DNA from: an uncultured Planctomycetaceae bacterium
GTDB taxonomy: Bacteria > Planctomycetota > Planctomycetia > Pirellulales > PALSA-1355
NCBI GenBank assembly: GCA_963785305.1
Contig: CAWAUV010000004.1
Location: 160,001 to 224,000, forward strand
Direction: 5' to 3'
DNA: 64,000 nucleotides
This document shows positions 10,657 through 21,871 of this stretch, one piece after another. Below the pieces are notes generated by a model. The model was not told the origin of the DNA, ran no database searches, and worked only from the letters and a program-made list of their open reading frames with translations. The translations under genes and the position numbers were made by a program. How positions within the stretch are numbered: position 1 is the first letter of the stretch; every line of letters starts with the position of its first letter.

Positions 10657-11969
10657 CCTAGCGCGGACGTGCCAGGAATCGTTGGCCGCGCAAGCACGCC
10701 TCGAAGCCGCGGAGTCGCTGGTAATTTCGCCCGAAGCGACGCGCGACGAGGCCGTGGCGGCATTTCTCCAGCGAGTGGTCGACGCCGACTTCAATGCGTC
10801 GCCCGACCTGCGCGACGCTTTGGATTCCTTTGCCGACTCACGCGCCGAACGCCCCGCTTGGGAAACGCCGCCAGGATGGAACGGATTGCGCGAGCTGATC
10901 GACGTCGAAACGCGTCGTCTAGCCGATGGCTTTTTTGAAGTGCCGGTTCCCGAGCGCTACGAACGTTTGATGCGCCTGTTGGCGATGGCCGCCGAACAGC
11001 CGTCGCTCAAAGCTCGCCTGAGCCACTTGCGGGTCGGCGCGGCGATCGATCGGGCCGCGCTCGACGCGCTCTCGGAACCTGGGCCCGCGGGCGATCTCGC
11101 GCGGACTTTGGGCGAAGCTTGCCTCGAGCTCTTTTTGCTCGCGCCGGGCCGCGGGCCGCTCGGCGCAGACAATTGCTTAGCGAACACACACACAACGCAA
11201 AGCTCTGGTATTCCGCGGTGACGATGCTGCGATCCAAGGCGCCTCAAGTAGCGCATTTGGCGCCTGACCTGGTCGACGGGGCCATCAAACCGCCGAGCGT
11301 GAAAGAGCGAACCGCGAGCTCGGTTCGGAAGGCGTTTTCGTTTGAACCGCGCGAGAAGCGCAAGTCAGCGGTCGACGGCGGATTTCTGGTATCGCTGTTT
11401 GGATAGCGATTATCTTCGTTTCACGTTTTTTTTCCGCGATGTCGCCACAAGCCAACCACGATTCTGGCGATGCGCTTCGCCGTTTCATTGGCTCCCAGCA
11501 GCGGGAAGGGCAGGAGCACGGAGCGCATCAGAAATTCATGGAAGAAATGTTCCAAGGCCGAAGGACGGATCGCCTGCCGGCGCCGGGGCCGAAATTCTCT
11601 CCTGGATTACCAGCGGCCCCCAGGAACGAAACCCCCAAAGCGCCGCTCGATGCCGAGGAGCGATCGCCCCAGGGCGGCGGCGCCTCGGGTAAGTCCACCG
11701 GCTCGGCGCCCACTCCGGATCCCAATATCAGCCGCGCATTGGAAATGTTGTTGCGCAAGCGCCTCACGCCGCGCAGTGGCGTCGACCCAGACGGAACTCA
11801 GCCCGGCGCGACAACGCCGACGCTCCATCCTCCGATGGCGATCCGCCTTCTAGTGAGGACGCGGCCCGGGCCGGGTTTCGCGCGGTCGATTCAGCGAACG
11901 ACTTTAGCCAACCCGAAACGCCCGAAGCCGCGCCGAGTCCGCCATGAACGAAACCTCGCTCCCCGATGA
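10640..11969 (+). CDS. Hypothetical single-pass membrane protein of the hscC cluster (frameshifts near 11150 and 11400)
   Basis: ORFs 10640..11221, 11119..11406 and 11439..11969 join into one protein-like chain with a TM segment ([19 protein letters not shown]). It overlaps both neighbours. Confidence 0.55.
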
Positions 11970-13500
11970 CATGGCCCAGTGGCCGAGAGATCCTTTCCGA
12001 CTGCTGGGCGTGAGGCCGGGCGGCGACAAGCTCGAGCTGCGCCGCGCATATACTCGGTTGATTCGCCGGTTTAAGCCCGAGCATTTCCCCGATCAGTTTC
12101 GGCGGATTCGCGAGGCTTATGAAATCGCGCAAGCTCGTTCGCATTGGGTCGAATCATTGCGAGAGGATTCGCCGGCAATTGAAATCATTGCCCCGGCGCC
12201 GATGATCGAACCTTCGGCGCCGCCTGATTTCAACCGATCGACTGCGCCCGGCGCCGCGCCGACGGACGAAGCGTCGCAATTCGAGGATCATCCGGCGCCC
12301 GAGTCCCGCGACGAACCGTTGCCGGCCGACCCGACGGAAACGCCGACCTTCGCTGGTCGCTTGCCATCGCCGAGGCACGGCCACCCGCGCGATCGCGCTC
12401 AACGTCTCGATGATCTGTGGCGCCAAGCATGTCGAGGCGAAATCGCCGCGGCCTACGCGGGGCTCGTCGAAATGGCGGAATCCACGGGCTCGCCCGAGGA
12501 AGATTTGTTCCTGCGGCTATACTGGCTGCTCGTGGCGGCGCCCGGGGTAGAGCCTTTTCGTTCGGCCCAGGATTGGTTGGAGCAAGCGCTGCGGCAGCAT
12601 GGTTTCACCCGCCGCTTGGGTTCGATATACGCTGAGGAGTTGCGGAGGCATCCCGCGCCCTTGGCGATACTGTCGCCCGATGATCTGGCGAGGTTACCGC
12701 ATGTCGGTCAAGGATTGCAGACCGCGCTGCGGGCGCGGTGGCGGGCGGCCGGACGATTTGGCGCTTGGCAAATTATCGACGCCGACTTGCGCGCGATCGA
12801 AAGCCGGGTGGCGATCGAGTCGCCTTCGGAATGGTTGCACTTGCTCTACAGCGCCGTGGAACTGAGCGCCTGGTCAGTCGAGCCAGAGGGCGTGACGAAA
12901 ATGGAGCATTGGCGGGAATCCTTGGAGATGGCGGCGCTGGGCCATCGAGAGCGATTCGGTTTGCTCGACAACCTCGATTCGCTGCTGAGCCTGGCGCCGA
13001 TGTGGCGGATTTGCCAGAAGCGTTGGCCGAATTCGCCGATCACCGAGATCGTGCAATCGATCTGGATCGATTCCGAACAGGCTACCCCGCGGCTGGCCGA
13101 AATGGTCGCCAGCAAACTAAGCGACAATCCGACGCGACAATTGGCGCGGCTCGATCAGATCGGCGATGGCCGACCGGCATTGTTGGCCCATGTCGCGAAG
13201 GCGCTTGGTGTTGCTTGCGGGAACTCGTCCGTGTCACACGACACGCCGGGCGGCGACGCGTTTCTCACGTCCCTCGTGAAAAGATTCACCCTAACGTGGC
13301 AGGGAAAGAAGTATTCACGACAGCGCGCGCGGCTCCTGGAATTCTGTTGCCGGGAACGGCTGAGTCCGGAAACGCTGGCCGATCGCATCGAATGCAATTT
13401 CAAATTATCCAAGTCATTTAGAACCGAGCTCGCCAATCAATTGCGAGCCGACCTGTCCCTGCGCTGCGTGTACCTCGCCGATGTCGTGATGCGCGGATAA
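11944..13500 (+). CDS. J-domain protein (DjlB/DjlC-like HscC co-chaperone)
   Basis: DPFRLLGV...LRRAYTRLIRRFKPEHFPDQFRRIREAYE at the N-terminus. Confidence 0.85.
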   Translation: MNETSLPDDMAQWPRDPFRLLGVRPGGDKLELRRAYTRLIRRFKPEHFPDQFRRIREAYEIAQARSHWVESLREDSPAIEIIAPAPMIEPSAPPDFNRSTAPGAAPTDEASQFEDHPAPESRDEPLPADPTETPTFAGRLPSPRHGHPRDRAQRLDDLWRQACRGEIAAAYAGLVEMAESTGSPEEDLFLRLYWLLVAAPGVEPFRSAQDWLEQALRQHGFTRRLGSIYAEELRRHPAPLAILSPDDLARLPHVGQGLQTALRARWRAAGRFGAWQIIDADLRAIESRVAIESPSEWLHLLYSAVELSAWSVEPEGVTKMEHWRESLEMAALGHRERFGLLDNLDSLLSLAPMWRICQKRWPNSPITEIVQSIWIDSEQATPRLAEMVASKLSDNPTRQLARLDQIGDGRPALLAHVAKALGVACGNSSVSHDTPGGDAFLTSLVKRFTLTWQGKKYSRQRARLLEFCCRERLSPETLADRIECNFKLSKSFRTELANQLRADLSLRCVYLADVVMRG

Positions 13501-13902
13501 GGTTCGCAATAACGAGGTGAAGGGATGAATCGAACCCATGCCATCGCAACCGGCGCTGGCGCCGCGCCGCTCCGTCTTCAGACGACGCCTTGCGACATCG
13601 CCCCCCTTGCTTCGCTAAAACTTCGCCTCCAACAGACTCGTTAAAGGACACGCGACTTCAAACTCCCAAACAAGCTCGGCGAATTGAGCAAACCTTCGCG
13701 GGCGAGTGCTCCACGGAGCCATGCGGGCGGGCCCCTTGAATCTTTCAAGGCGCGAGTAATACTGCGGATGTTTCAAATGCGATTGCCCTGAGTTGGGCTC
13801 GCCTTTTTCCAAGACCCGTTTTTTTTCGCCGCCGGGAAATCACGCGACTTCGAATGGCGCCAGCGAAGGGCTTGGCGCGAATCCATTTTTCGAGATTGCC
13901 GA

Positions 13903-15595
13903 ATGCCGCAAGCCCCCCCAATCGATACGGCGGCCGTGAATGCGAGCAGGTTCGATCGCATCGGGGTTTGGAATCTTGCGCAGGCGGTCTTGCTGCTGGC
14001 GATCGCCGGCTATTTCTGCCTCACTTGGCGAACGGTCCATCACGATTGTTCGCTGGGCATGCAGTACGCGCAGCTCATTCTCGAGGGGCAGACGCCATTT
14101 GTCGATTTCTTCGACACGAATCCGCCGGCGGTCATGTATCTGAATGTCCCGCCGGCCGCGCTGGCGGCTTGGCTGGGCATCGACGCGCGGATCGCGTTCT
14201 ACGCTTATGTCTATGCAATGCTCGTCGGCTCGACTTGGCTCATCGGCTACTTGCTCCGACGACTAAGGCCGGCGCTCGAACCGGCCGAGATCGGAGTGCT
14301 CGGCTTGGCGTGGCTCGCGGCCACGCTCAATGTGGTGCGCGCCGGCGAGTTTGGGCAGCGCGAGCATATGTTCATATTAGCCGCCGGGCCGATGTTCTTT
14401 TTCGCGTGTTGCGACGCGAAGGCGTGACGGCGCCGGTCTGGCTCGCCCTGGCGATGGGCGCCGCGGCTTCGGCCACGGCCTGCCTGAAGCCGCACTTCAT
14501 CATGATTTTGGTGATCATCGAACTTGCGTTGCTCGTGAAGTCGCGCGATCCACGTTCGCTGCTCGATCCCGAGGCGATCGCGTTCTTCGCCGTGATTCTC
14601 GCGTATCTCGGCCACTGGCTGCTTTTGCCGGCGGCGGCGCGGCATTATTTCTTTGGGCGCCATCTGCAACTGATTGCCGCGGGCTACTCCGTCTATGCGC
14701 GGCCGCTCGAATGGGTATTCCGACGCACTTGGTTGCATTTGCTGCTGCCTCTTGGCGCGATTGTGTCGGCGACTTTCGGCATTTGGCGGGCGCAAAGGTC
14801 TTTCATGCGGCGGTTGATGACTTCGCTCATCGCCGGCATCATGGGCGGGCTCATCTCGTACATGTCCCAACAAAAGGGGTGGAGTTATCATCGCATTCCG
14901 ATGGTCTACTTTTCGATCCTCGCGATCGCCGCGGTTTATTGCCAAGGGATTCACCAGCTGTTTGTCTCGGACCGCCGGCGGCTGCGCCGCGCGGTTGTCG
15001 CGGCGCCACTCGTGGCGACGCTCTTGAGCGCCGGTGGAGTGTTCGCGCTGGTCCATCGCCGAAAGCGATCGACCGTGGGGTCGAGGATCTCGAAGCGCTG
15101 ATGCTCAAGGAGACCAAGCCCGGCGATCAGGTCCTATTCGTCGCCACCGCGATCGAACCTGCTTATCCGCTGGTGTTCAATCTCGATCGGCGGCCGGGCT
15201 CTCGCTATCCCGCTAGTTTTCCGATCGCCTTCAGCTATGCCGACGTGCCGCGTGACGCGCCAGCCGCCGAGATCGACTATCGGGCACATGCGCGCGAAAA
15301 CTCGCTCGAACAGGAATTCTTGGAAAGTCTGCGCGACGACATTCGCGCGTGTCGGCCGCGCATGGTTTGTATTCAGGACGCCGAAGACCGCATGGCCCTA
15401 CCGATCCACTTCAATATGCGAACCTATCTCGATCAGACCGGCATCGTCGCCCTGTTGCGGGAACTCGGCTATCGCGAGGAATCGCTCCGCGAGCATTGGG
15501 CCGCGTTCGTTGCCCCAGGACGCTCGAAATGCGATGGGCCCCGCCACGACCCGCGGGAACTGGACTCAAAAGACGGGGAACGGGCCCGCGGATAA
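13903..15595 (+). CDS. Multi-pass membrane protein, putative GT-C-fold glycosyltransferase, copy 1 (frameshifts near 14403 and 15058)
   Basis: HHDCSLGMQYAQLILEGQTPFVDFFDTNPP loop, many TM helices, C-terminal soluble domain; collinear with copy 2. Confidence 0.65.
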
Positions 15596-15943
15596 TGGCC
15601 CCGTGGAAAGCCGCCTGTCGAGATCGTCATCAGTTTATATACTCGTCCTCAGGTTATTATTGGGAGAGCGTCTTTTCGGAGCAGGTCGGATTGTGCGATT
15701 CCACCGTTTACAGCGGGCCGATTTCGCGCCGCCGCCAGGAATTTCGCGAGTTTTTCGCCGTGATGCTTCCATGGCTCGCCGAAATAAATCGCGCGAAGTG
15801 AATGGGGATCGCGGGGATGGTTAATCGCGGTCGTGGCGGCCTCGGTAGCGGATCCAAAGAACTTCGTCGAGCCCACGCCGCGCCGTCTCGCGTCGAGCGA
15901 GAGGGCGGCGCCGGTCAGGCATTAACACTTGGGACTGATGGGG

Positions 15944-17567
15944 ATGTCGAAAACAGAGGCCATCGATTCGCGGAAGGACGTTGCGACCGCGCTCGATCGC
16001 CATCGAGTCTGGAATATCGCTCAGGCCGTCCTGCTTTTGGCGATCGCCGGTTACTATGTCTTCACATGGCGGACGATCAATCACGACTGTTCGCTGGGCA
16101 TGCAATACGCGCAGCTAATCATCGAAGGTCAAACGCCGTTCGTTGATTTCTTCGACACGAATCCGCCGGCGGTCATGTATTTGAATGTCCCGCCGGCCGC
16201 GCTGGCGGCGTGGCTCGGCATCGATGGCCGTATTGCTTTCTATATCTATGTGTATGCCATGCTCGTCGGCTCGACATGGCTCATTGGCTACTTGCTGCGG
16301 CGACTAAGGCCGGCGGCTCGAGCCGGCCGAGGTCGGAGTGCTGGGCTTGGCGTGGCTCGCGGCCACGCTCAATGTGGTGCGCGCCGGCGAATTCGGGCAG
16401 CGCGAGCACATGTTTATATTAGCCGCCGGGCCGATGTTTTTCTTGCGAGTGTTGCGGCGCGAAGGCGTGACGGTTCCGGTCTGGCTCGCCCTGGCGATCG
16501 GCGCCGCGGCTTCGGCCACGGCCTGTCTGAAGCCGCACTTCATCGTGATTTTGGCGATCATCGAGCTCACGCTATTGTTCAAGTCGCGCGACCCACGTTC
16601 GCTGCTCGCTCCCGAGGCGGTCGCGTTTTATGCGGTGATTCTGGCGTACCTCGGCCACTGGTTGCTATTGCCGGCGGCCGCGCGACAATATTTTTTTGGG
16701 CGTCATCTGCAACTCGTCGCGGCCGGTTACTCCACCTATAACGCGCCGCTTGAATGGGTGCTGCTATGGGCATCCCGGAAGTATTTTGTGTTCGCGGTGA
16801 GTGCTATCGTGCTCGCGGCCTTCGCGATGTGGAAGGCTCGGCGGCCGTTTATCCGGCGGTTGCTGCTCGCGACTATCGCCGGCATCGTGGGCGGGATCAT
16901 ATCGTATGTGACTCAGCACAAGGGCTGGAGTTACCATCGCATTCCGTTTGTCTGCTTTTCGATTTTTACCCTCGCGGCGGCCTATTGCCAAGGCATTCAT
17001 CGGCTTTCCGGTTCGGATCGCCAGCGACTGCGCCGAGCGGTTATCACGATACCGCTGATGGCCGCGCTCGTCGGCGCGTCCGGCTTGTTTGCGTTGATCT
17101 CTCGCATGAAAGCGATCGATCGTGGCGTCGAAGATCTCGAAGCTCTGATGATCAAGGAAACCAAGCCCGGCGATCAAGTTCTGTTCGTCTCTCCTTTAAT
17201 CCAACCCGCGTATCCGCTCGTGTTCAATCTCGACCGGCGGCCGGGATCGCGCTACCCAGCGAGTTTTCCGATTGCTTTCAGCTATGGAGATGTGCCTCGC
17301 GATGCTCCAGCCGAAGCGATCGACTACCTGGCTCACGGCCGTGGCAGTCCGCTCGAGCAGGAATTCTTGGAAAGCCTGCGGGAAGATATTCGCAAGCGCC
17401 GTCCACGCATGGTCTGCATTCAAGACGCCGAGGAATGCTACTCGCTGCCGGTTCACTTCAATCTGCGGGTTTATCTCGAGCAAACCGGGATCGTCGCCCT
17501 GCTTCGAGAACTGGGATATCGCGAGGAATCGCTCCGCAACCATTGGGCCGCCTTCATCGCCCCGTGA
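15944..17567 (+). CDS. Multi-pass membrane protein, putative GT-C-fold glycosyltransferase, copy 2 (frameshift near 16317)
   Basis: Tandem paralogue of 13903..15595 with the same PFVDFFDTNPP, EFGQREH, LKPHF and KGWSYH motifs. Confidence 0.65.
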
Positions 17568-17784
17568 GGCATTACTCGCTCGGAAATTTGCTACCGGACG
17601 TGAGGCGGCTCCGCCGGGCGCCCGGGCTAAATTTTGCGACTTTTTATTCGCAACAGTTCCATTGCGCGGGAAATAGCGCAAAGTAAATTCAGGGAACCTC
17701 GCGCTCGCGAGCCAGCCTCCCTCGAAGTCAACACCCCCTGAACCGGCCTTCTTTCTCCCCTTTTAACTTGCCTGGAGTCTTTCA

Positions 17785-19155
17785 ATGAGCGAACCGAAGT
17801 CGGGCGCCACGCGGCGCGAATTTCTCGGAACGACCACGCGAGCCGCCGCCGCCGCGACTCTGGTCGGCACAGTCATTCCCAAGGTGCATGCCGCCGAAGA
17901 CAACACGATTCAAGTCGCGCTGATCGGTTGCGGCGGGCGCGGCGGCGGAGCGGCGGCCAATGCGCTCGGCGTGAAGAATGGCCCGATCAAGCTGGTGGCG
18001 ATGGCGGATGTTTTCGAAGATCGCCTGAAAAACGCCCATCATCATCTCTCGCAACAAAAGGCCAGCCAGGTCGATGTGCCCGACGATCGCAAGTTCATTG
18101 GTTTCGATGGTTATCAGAAGGCGATCGACTGCCTCAAGCCCGGCGATGTGGCGATCTTTGCCACCCCGCCCGGCTTTCGCTGGGTGCATTTTGCCCATGC
18201 GATTCAAAAAGGCGTGAATGTCTTCATGGAAAAGCCGGTGACGGTCGATGGGCCGACGTCGCGCAAGATGTTCACCTTGGCCGAAGAGGCCGGAAAAAAG
18301 AACCTCAAGGTGGGCGTCGGCCTGATGTGCCGCCACTGCGAGGCCCGCGGCGAGCTCCATGACCGCATCAAGCAGGGCGAAATCGGCGATATCACCACGC
18401 TGCGGGCATATCGCATGAGCGGCCCGATCGGCTCGGCCTTCTCCGGTCCCAAACCGCAGGGCGCCAACGAACTGCTTTGGCAAATTCAACGGTTCCACAG
18501 TTTCTTGTTCCTCAGCGGCGGGTGCTGGAGCGATTTCATGATCCACAACATCGATGAATGTTGCTGGATGAAAGACGCTTGGCCGGTCAAGGCCCAAGCG
18601 CTCGGCGGACGCCACTATCGCGGTGAAAACGTGGATCAGAACTTCGACCACTATGCCGTCGAATATACGTTTGCCGATGGCGCCAAGCTGTTCGTCGATT
18701 GCCGCAATATCGCTAGCTGCCACGATGAATTCGCCAGCTATGCGACCGGCACGAAGGGCTCGGCCATCATCTCCACCAGCAGCCATAGCCCGGCCAAGTG
18801 CCGCATCTTCAAAGGTCAAGACGTCACGAACAAGGACAACCAGACCTGGGCCTTCGGACGCCACGAGCCGAATCCCTACGATCGGGAATGGGAGCACTTG
18901 ATCGCCGCGATCCGCGAGGACAAGCCCTACAACGAAGTGAAACGCGGCGTCGAGGCCAGCCTCGTGACCAGCATGGGCCGCATGGCCGCCCATACCGGTC
19001 AAGTGATCACATACGATCAGATCCTGAATCTCGATCACGAGTTCGCGCCGAGCATCGACCAGTTGGCCATGAACGGCGCGTCGCCGCTACCCGCCGGACC
19101 CGATGGCAAGTACCCCGTGCCGCAGCCAGGCATCACCACCAAACGCGAATATTAA
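17785..19155 (+). CDS. Gfo/Idh/MocA family oxidoreductase with Tat signal
   Basis: TRREFL twin-arginine motif, IGCGGRG, ATPPGFR, FMEKP. Confidence 0.92.
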   Translation: MSEPKSGATRREFLGTTTRAAAAATLVGTVIPKVHAAEDNTIQVALIGCGGRGGGAAANALGVKNGPIKLVAMADVFEDRLKNAHHHLSQQKASQVDVPDDRKFIGFDGYQKAIDCLKPGDVAIFATPPGFRWVHFAHAIQKGVNVFMEKPVTVDGPTSRKMFTLAEEAGKKNLKVGVGLMCRHCEARGELHDRIKQGEIGDITTLRAYRMSGPIGSAFSGPKPQGANELLWQIQRFHSFLFLSGGCWSDFMIHNIDECCWMKDAWPVKAQALGGRHYRGENVDQNFDHYAVEYTFADGAKLFVDCRNIASCHDEFASYATGTKGSAIISTSSHSPAKCRIFKGQDVTNKDNQTWAFGRHEPNPYDREWEHLIAAIREDKPYNEVKRGVEASLVTSMGRMAAHTGQVITYDQILNLDHEFAPSIDQLAMNGASPLPAGPDGKYPVPQPGITTKREY

Positions 19156-19193
19156 TCGCGCTCTGGCATCAAGGATGGATCGATGGGGACCAT

Positions 19194-19240
19194 AAGCGGC
19201 GTCGCCGAGTCTTGGGGCTCGCGCGACGCCGCTTTTTTTT
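19194..19240 (+). terminator. Rho-independent terminator
   Basis: AAGCGGCGTCGC-CGAG...CTCG-c-GCGACGCCGC followed by T8. Confidence 0.85.
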
Positions 19241-19335
19241 GCGATCGTGCTGGCCCCGCGTGGCTTCGCGCCGTGAGACACCACGATCTTGGCGCCTGAA
19301 CCTCATGCGCGGCGGGCTCGCCGGCCCGACGATTC

Positions 19336-20843
19336 TTATTTCCGCGATTTTTCCGCGCGGACCGCGTCGCGCGGCGCCCAGAGGCTGACAACAATGCCCA
19401 ACGCCAGAATCGCGAGCGCTCCGAGTCCGTCGAACTTGCGATGCTGGTAGGAATAAACACAGCCCGACCAGAGCATCCAACTGCTCAACAGGCAAAAGGC
19501 GAGCGGTGTCCACGGATACCAGGGCACGCGATACGCCAAGCCGCGCAGCGTGTTGCGGTCGCTGAGCACGAATACCGCCAAACCGACCAAGGTGAAAAAG
19601 AACCAATAGACCGGCGTATTGAAGATCACGAGCCGCTCGAACGCGTCGCCGCAAGCCGCGGCCCCGCTGTTCGCGGCGCTACTCGTCGCCATGGCGCCCG
19701 TCGCCGCTTCGCTGGGCGCTAGGAACATAATCGCCAGGACCGGAGCAAGCGTCGCCACGGCTTGGGCCGCGAGCGACCAGAGCGGCGTGCCTAGGCGGGC
19801 ATTCCAGCGGCCGAGCAGCGCGAGCAGCGCGTGGTCGGCGCCGAGCGCGTAATAGATGCGCGAGCCGGTGAATATCTGCCCGTTAATCGCGCCAAGCGTC
19901 GACACACAGACCAGCAGGCTGATCGCCCGACCGCCGGCGGCGCCCCAACTTCGAGTCAGCACATCGGCTGCCGCGGCATGCGACGCCTTCAACCCGGCAA
20001 GGCCGAGCGCATGCACAAACGCCAGATTGGCCGCGATATAAATGGTCGTCACGAGCGCGATGCCGCCCAGCAGCGCGGCTAGCAAGTTGCGATTCGGATT
20101 GCGTACCTCGGCCGCCACATAGGCCACCTCGCTCCAGCCGCCATAAGCAAACAGCACGAAGATGAGCGCTAGCGGATAATCGGACTTCATCGGAGCCGCG
20201 GCCGGACCGAGTTCCGCGGAAACCGGCGCCGACACGACGGGCGTCGGCGCAATGGCCTCCGGGCGCTTTCAGCCGATGGGCCCGACCAAGCGACGACAAA
20301 CAGCGCCCCCAGCCCCAGGACCTTGGCCACGGTGAGCACGTTTTGGACCCACTTGCCTTGCCTGGCGCCCAACATGTTAATCACCGAGAGCACCGTGATT
20401 GCGCCGATCGCATAGGCGCCAAAGGCGGCGCTCCCGGCGCCCAAGGGCCAGAGCTCATTGGCATAGCGGGCGAAAATAAAGGCCATCGCTCCAATGGCCC
20501 CCGGCCGCACGATCCAAAACTCGCACCAGGCAAATACAAACGCGACCCGCAACCCGAATGCGCGCTTGAGGTACACATAGTCGCCGCCATCTTCGGGATA
20601 CGCGCAGGCGAGATCGGCGTAGCAGAGCGCGCCGAGCGTCGCCAGAAGACCTCCGAGCGTCCACACCGCAATCTGTGCGGCGAGCCCGTCGACCAAATTG
20701 GCCACCGTGGGCAACGCCTCGTAGATGCCGGCGCCAATGATAATGCCCACGATGATCGACATGGCGTCGAACAATGTGAGCGCGCGGCGCGGAGCGGCGC
20801 GATCGGTCGAGGCGGCGCCGTTTTGCACGAATTCTCCAGACAT
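19336..20843 (-). CDS. APC family amino acid permease (frameshift near 20240)
   Basis: [59 protein letters not shown]. Confidence 0.88.
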
Positions 20844-21001
20844 GGGCGGAGTGCTTGGGGTTTTTGGGGACAAAGTCGTGTAAGCATAACCGCGATGGGC
20901 CTGGGCCGCTGGACGAAATTTCTTCGGATCGGCCGGGGCAGCCGTGTTGCCGGAAGCGGCCGCGGGCGCGGCAAGGTCCGTCGAACCGGAAAAAATCTGG
21001 C

Positions 21002-21029
21002 TAGACGGCTTTCCAAATCGCGATATGAT
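21002..21029 (+). promoter_or_regulatory. Putative sigma70 promoter of infA
   Basis: TAGACG-N16-TATGAT about 130 nt upstream of the start. Confidence 0.45.
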
Positions 21030-21161
21030 TCTAGGTTGGCCGGCTTTTTTTCCTGGACCCTCGGAAAATCGGGTCGCCTGGGCAGGTGGGGCGCCAGGAA
21101 ATCGCGATGCCCGGCCGTCCCCCCCACAATATCGATCGTCCTATCCATCCAGGAGTTGTTC

Positions 21162-21389
21162 GTGTCGCAGAAACCCAAGGAAGAAGCCCTCGAGGTCGAA
21201 GGCGTAGTGACGCAAGCGCTTGCGAATACTCGCTTTCGCGTCCAGCTCGACGGCGGGCATCTTGTGATCGCCCATGTGGCGGGCAAGATGCGCAAGCACT
21301 TTATTCGCATCGTGCCCGGTGATCGTGTGCGGGTCGAGCTCTCGCCCTACGACCTGACCAAGGGCCGCATCACTTTTCGCGAGCGCTAA
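21162..21389 (+). CDS. infA: Translation initiation factor IF-1
   Basis: [20 protein letters not shown]...[38 protein letters not shown] before GTG. Confidence 0.97.
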   Translation: MSQKPKEEALEVEGVVTQALANTRFRVQLDGGHLVIAHVAGKMRKHFIRIVPGDRVRVELSPYDLTKGRITFRER

Positions 21390-21642
21390 TCGCCGCGGCC
21401 CGACTGAAGTCCCTCCCGCGCTTCGACTCGCCGCCGAATCGCGCTCATACCGACAGTCGCGCTTGATCGCCGTATTTTTTTATTCGAGTCTCTGGCAACC
21501 GTTGCTTGTCGCCGAGCAACCATGCTGTTCGAGCCGTAAGCTACAAGAAGCAAAGTCGCGGGGCCTGACGCGTCGTTGGTAGTCGCCGGAGCCCGACGAT
21601 CTTGGCCCTCTTCCCTGGGCGCCCCGATGTGGCCAGAGCCGG

Positions 21643-21670
21643 GACGCCGACGCGCGGAGCGTCTTTTTTT
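21643..21670 (+). terminator. Rho-independent terminator
   Basis: GACGC-CG...CG-GA-GCGTC followed by T7. Confidence 0.6.
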
Positions 21671-21871
21671 GCCGCCCTGCTGGTAAATGGCGCGGAAGGC
21701 GCTAAGATTGCGGGCGTCGGATTTTCCGCGGCCTGGTATTTGCCCTCACAAGCGTCAAACTTTTCGCAGTCTTCGCGGGTATAACCTGTCGAATCGCCGC
21801 TATTGAACTTTGGCGAAGCGATCTCCTCTCTAAATGCCGAAAGCACCCCATTTTTCAAGGAGCGATCCACC

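Noticed and set aside
8893..10794. Long antisense ORFs (e.g. 8893..10794, 17782..19038, 22349..23686, 48514..50277)
   Set aside because: Shadow frames of real genes in high-GC DNA with no recognisable motifs.
13520..13540. tRNA from the minus-strand GGGTTCGATTC T-loop-like motif
   Set aside because: No proper T-stem, D-arm, anticodon arm or CCA geometry.
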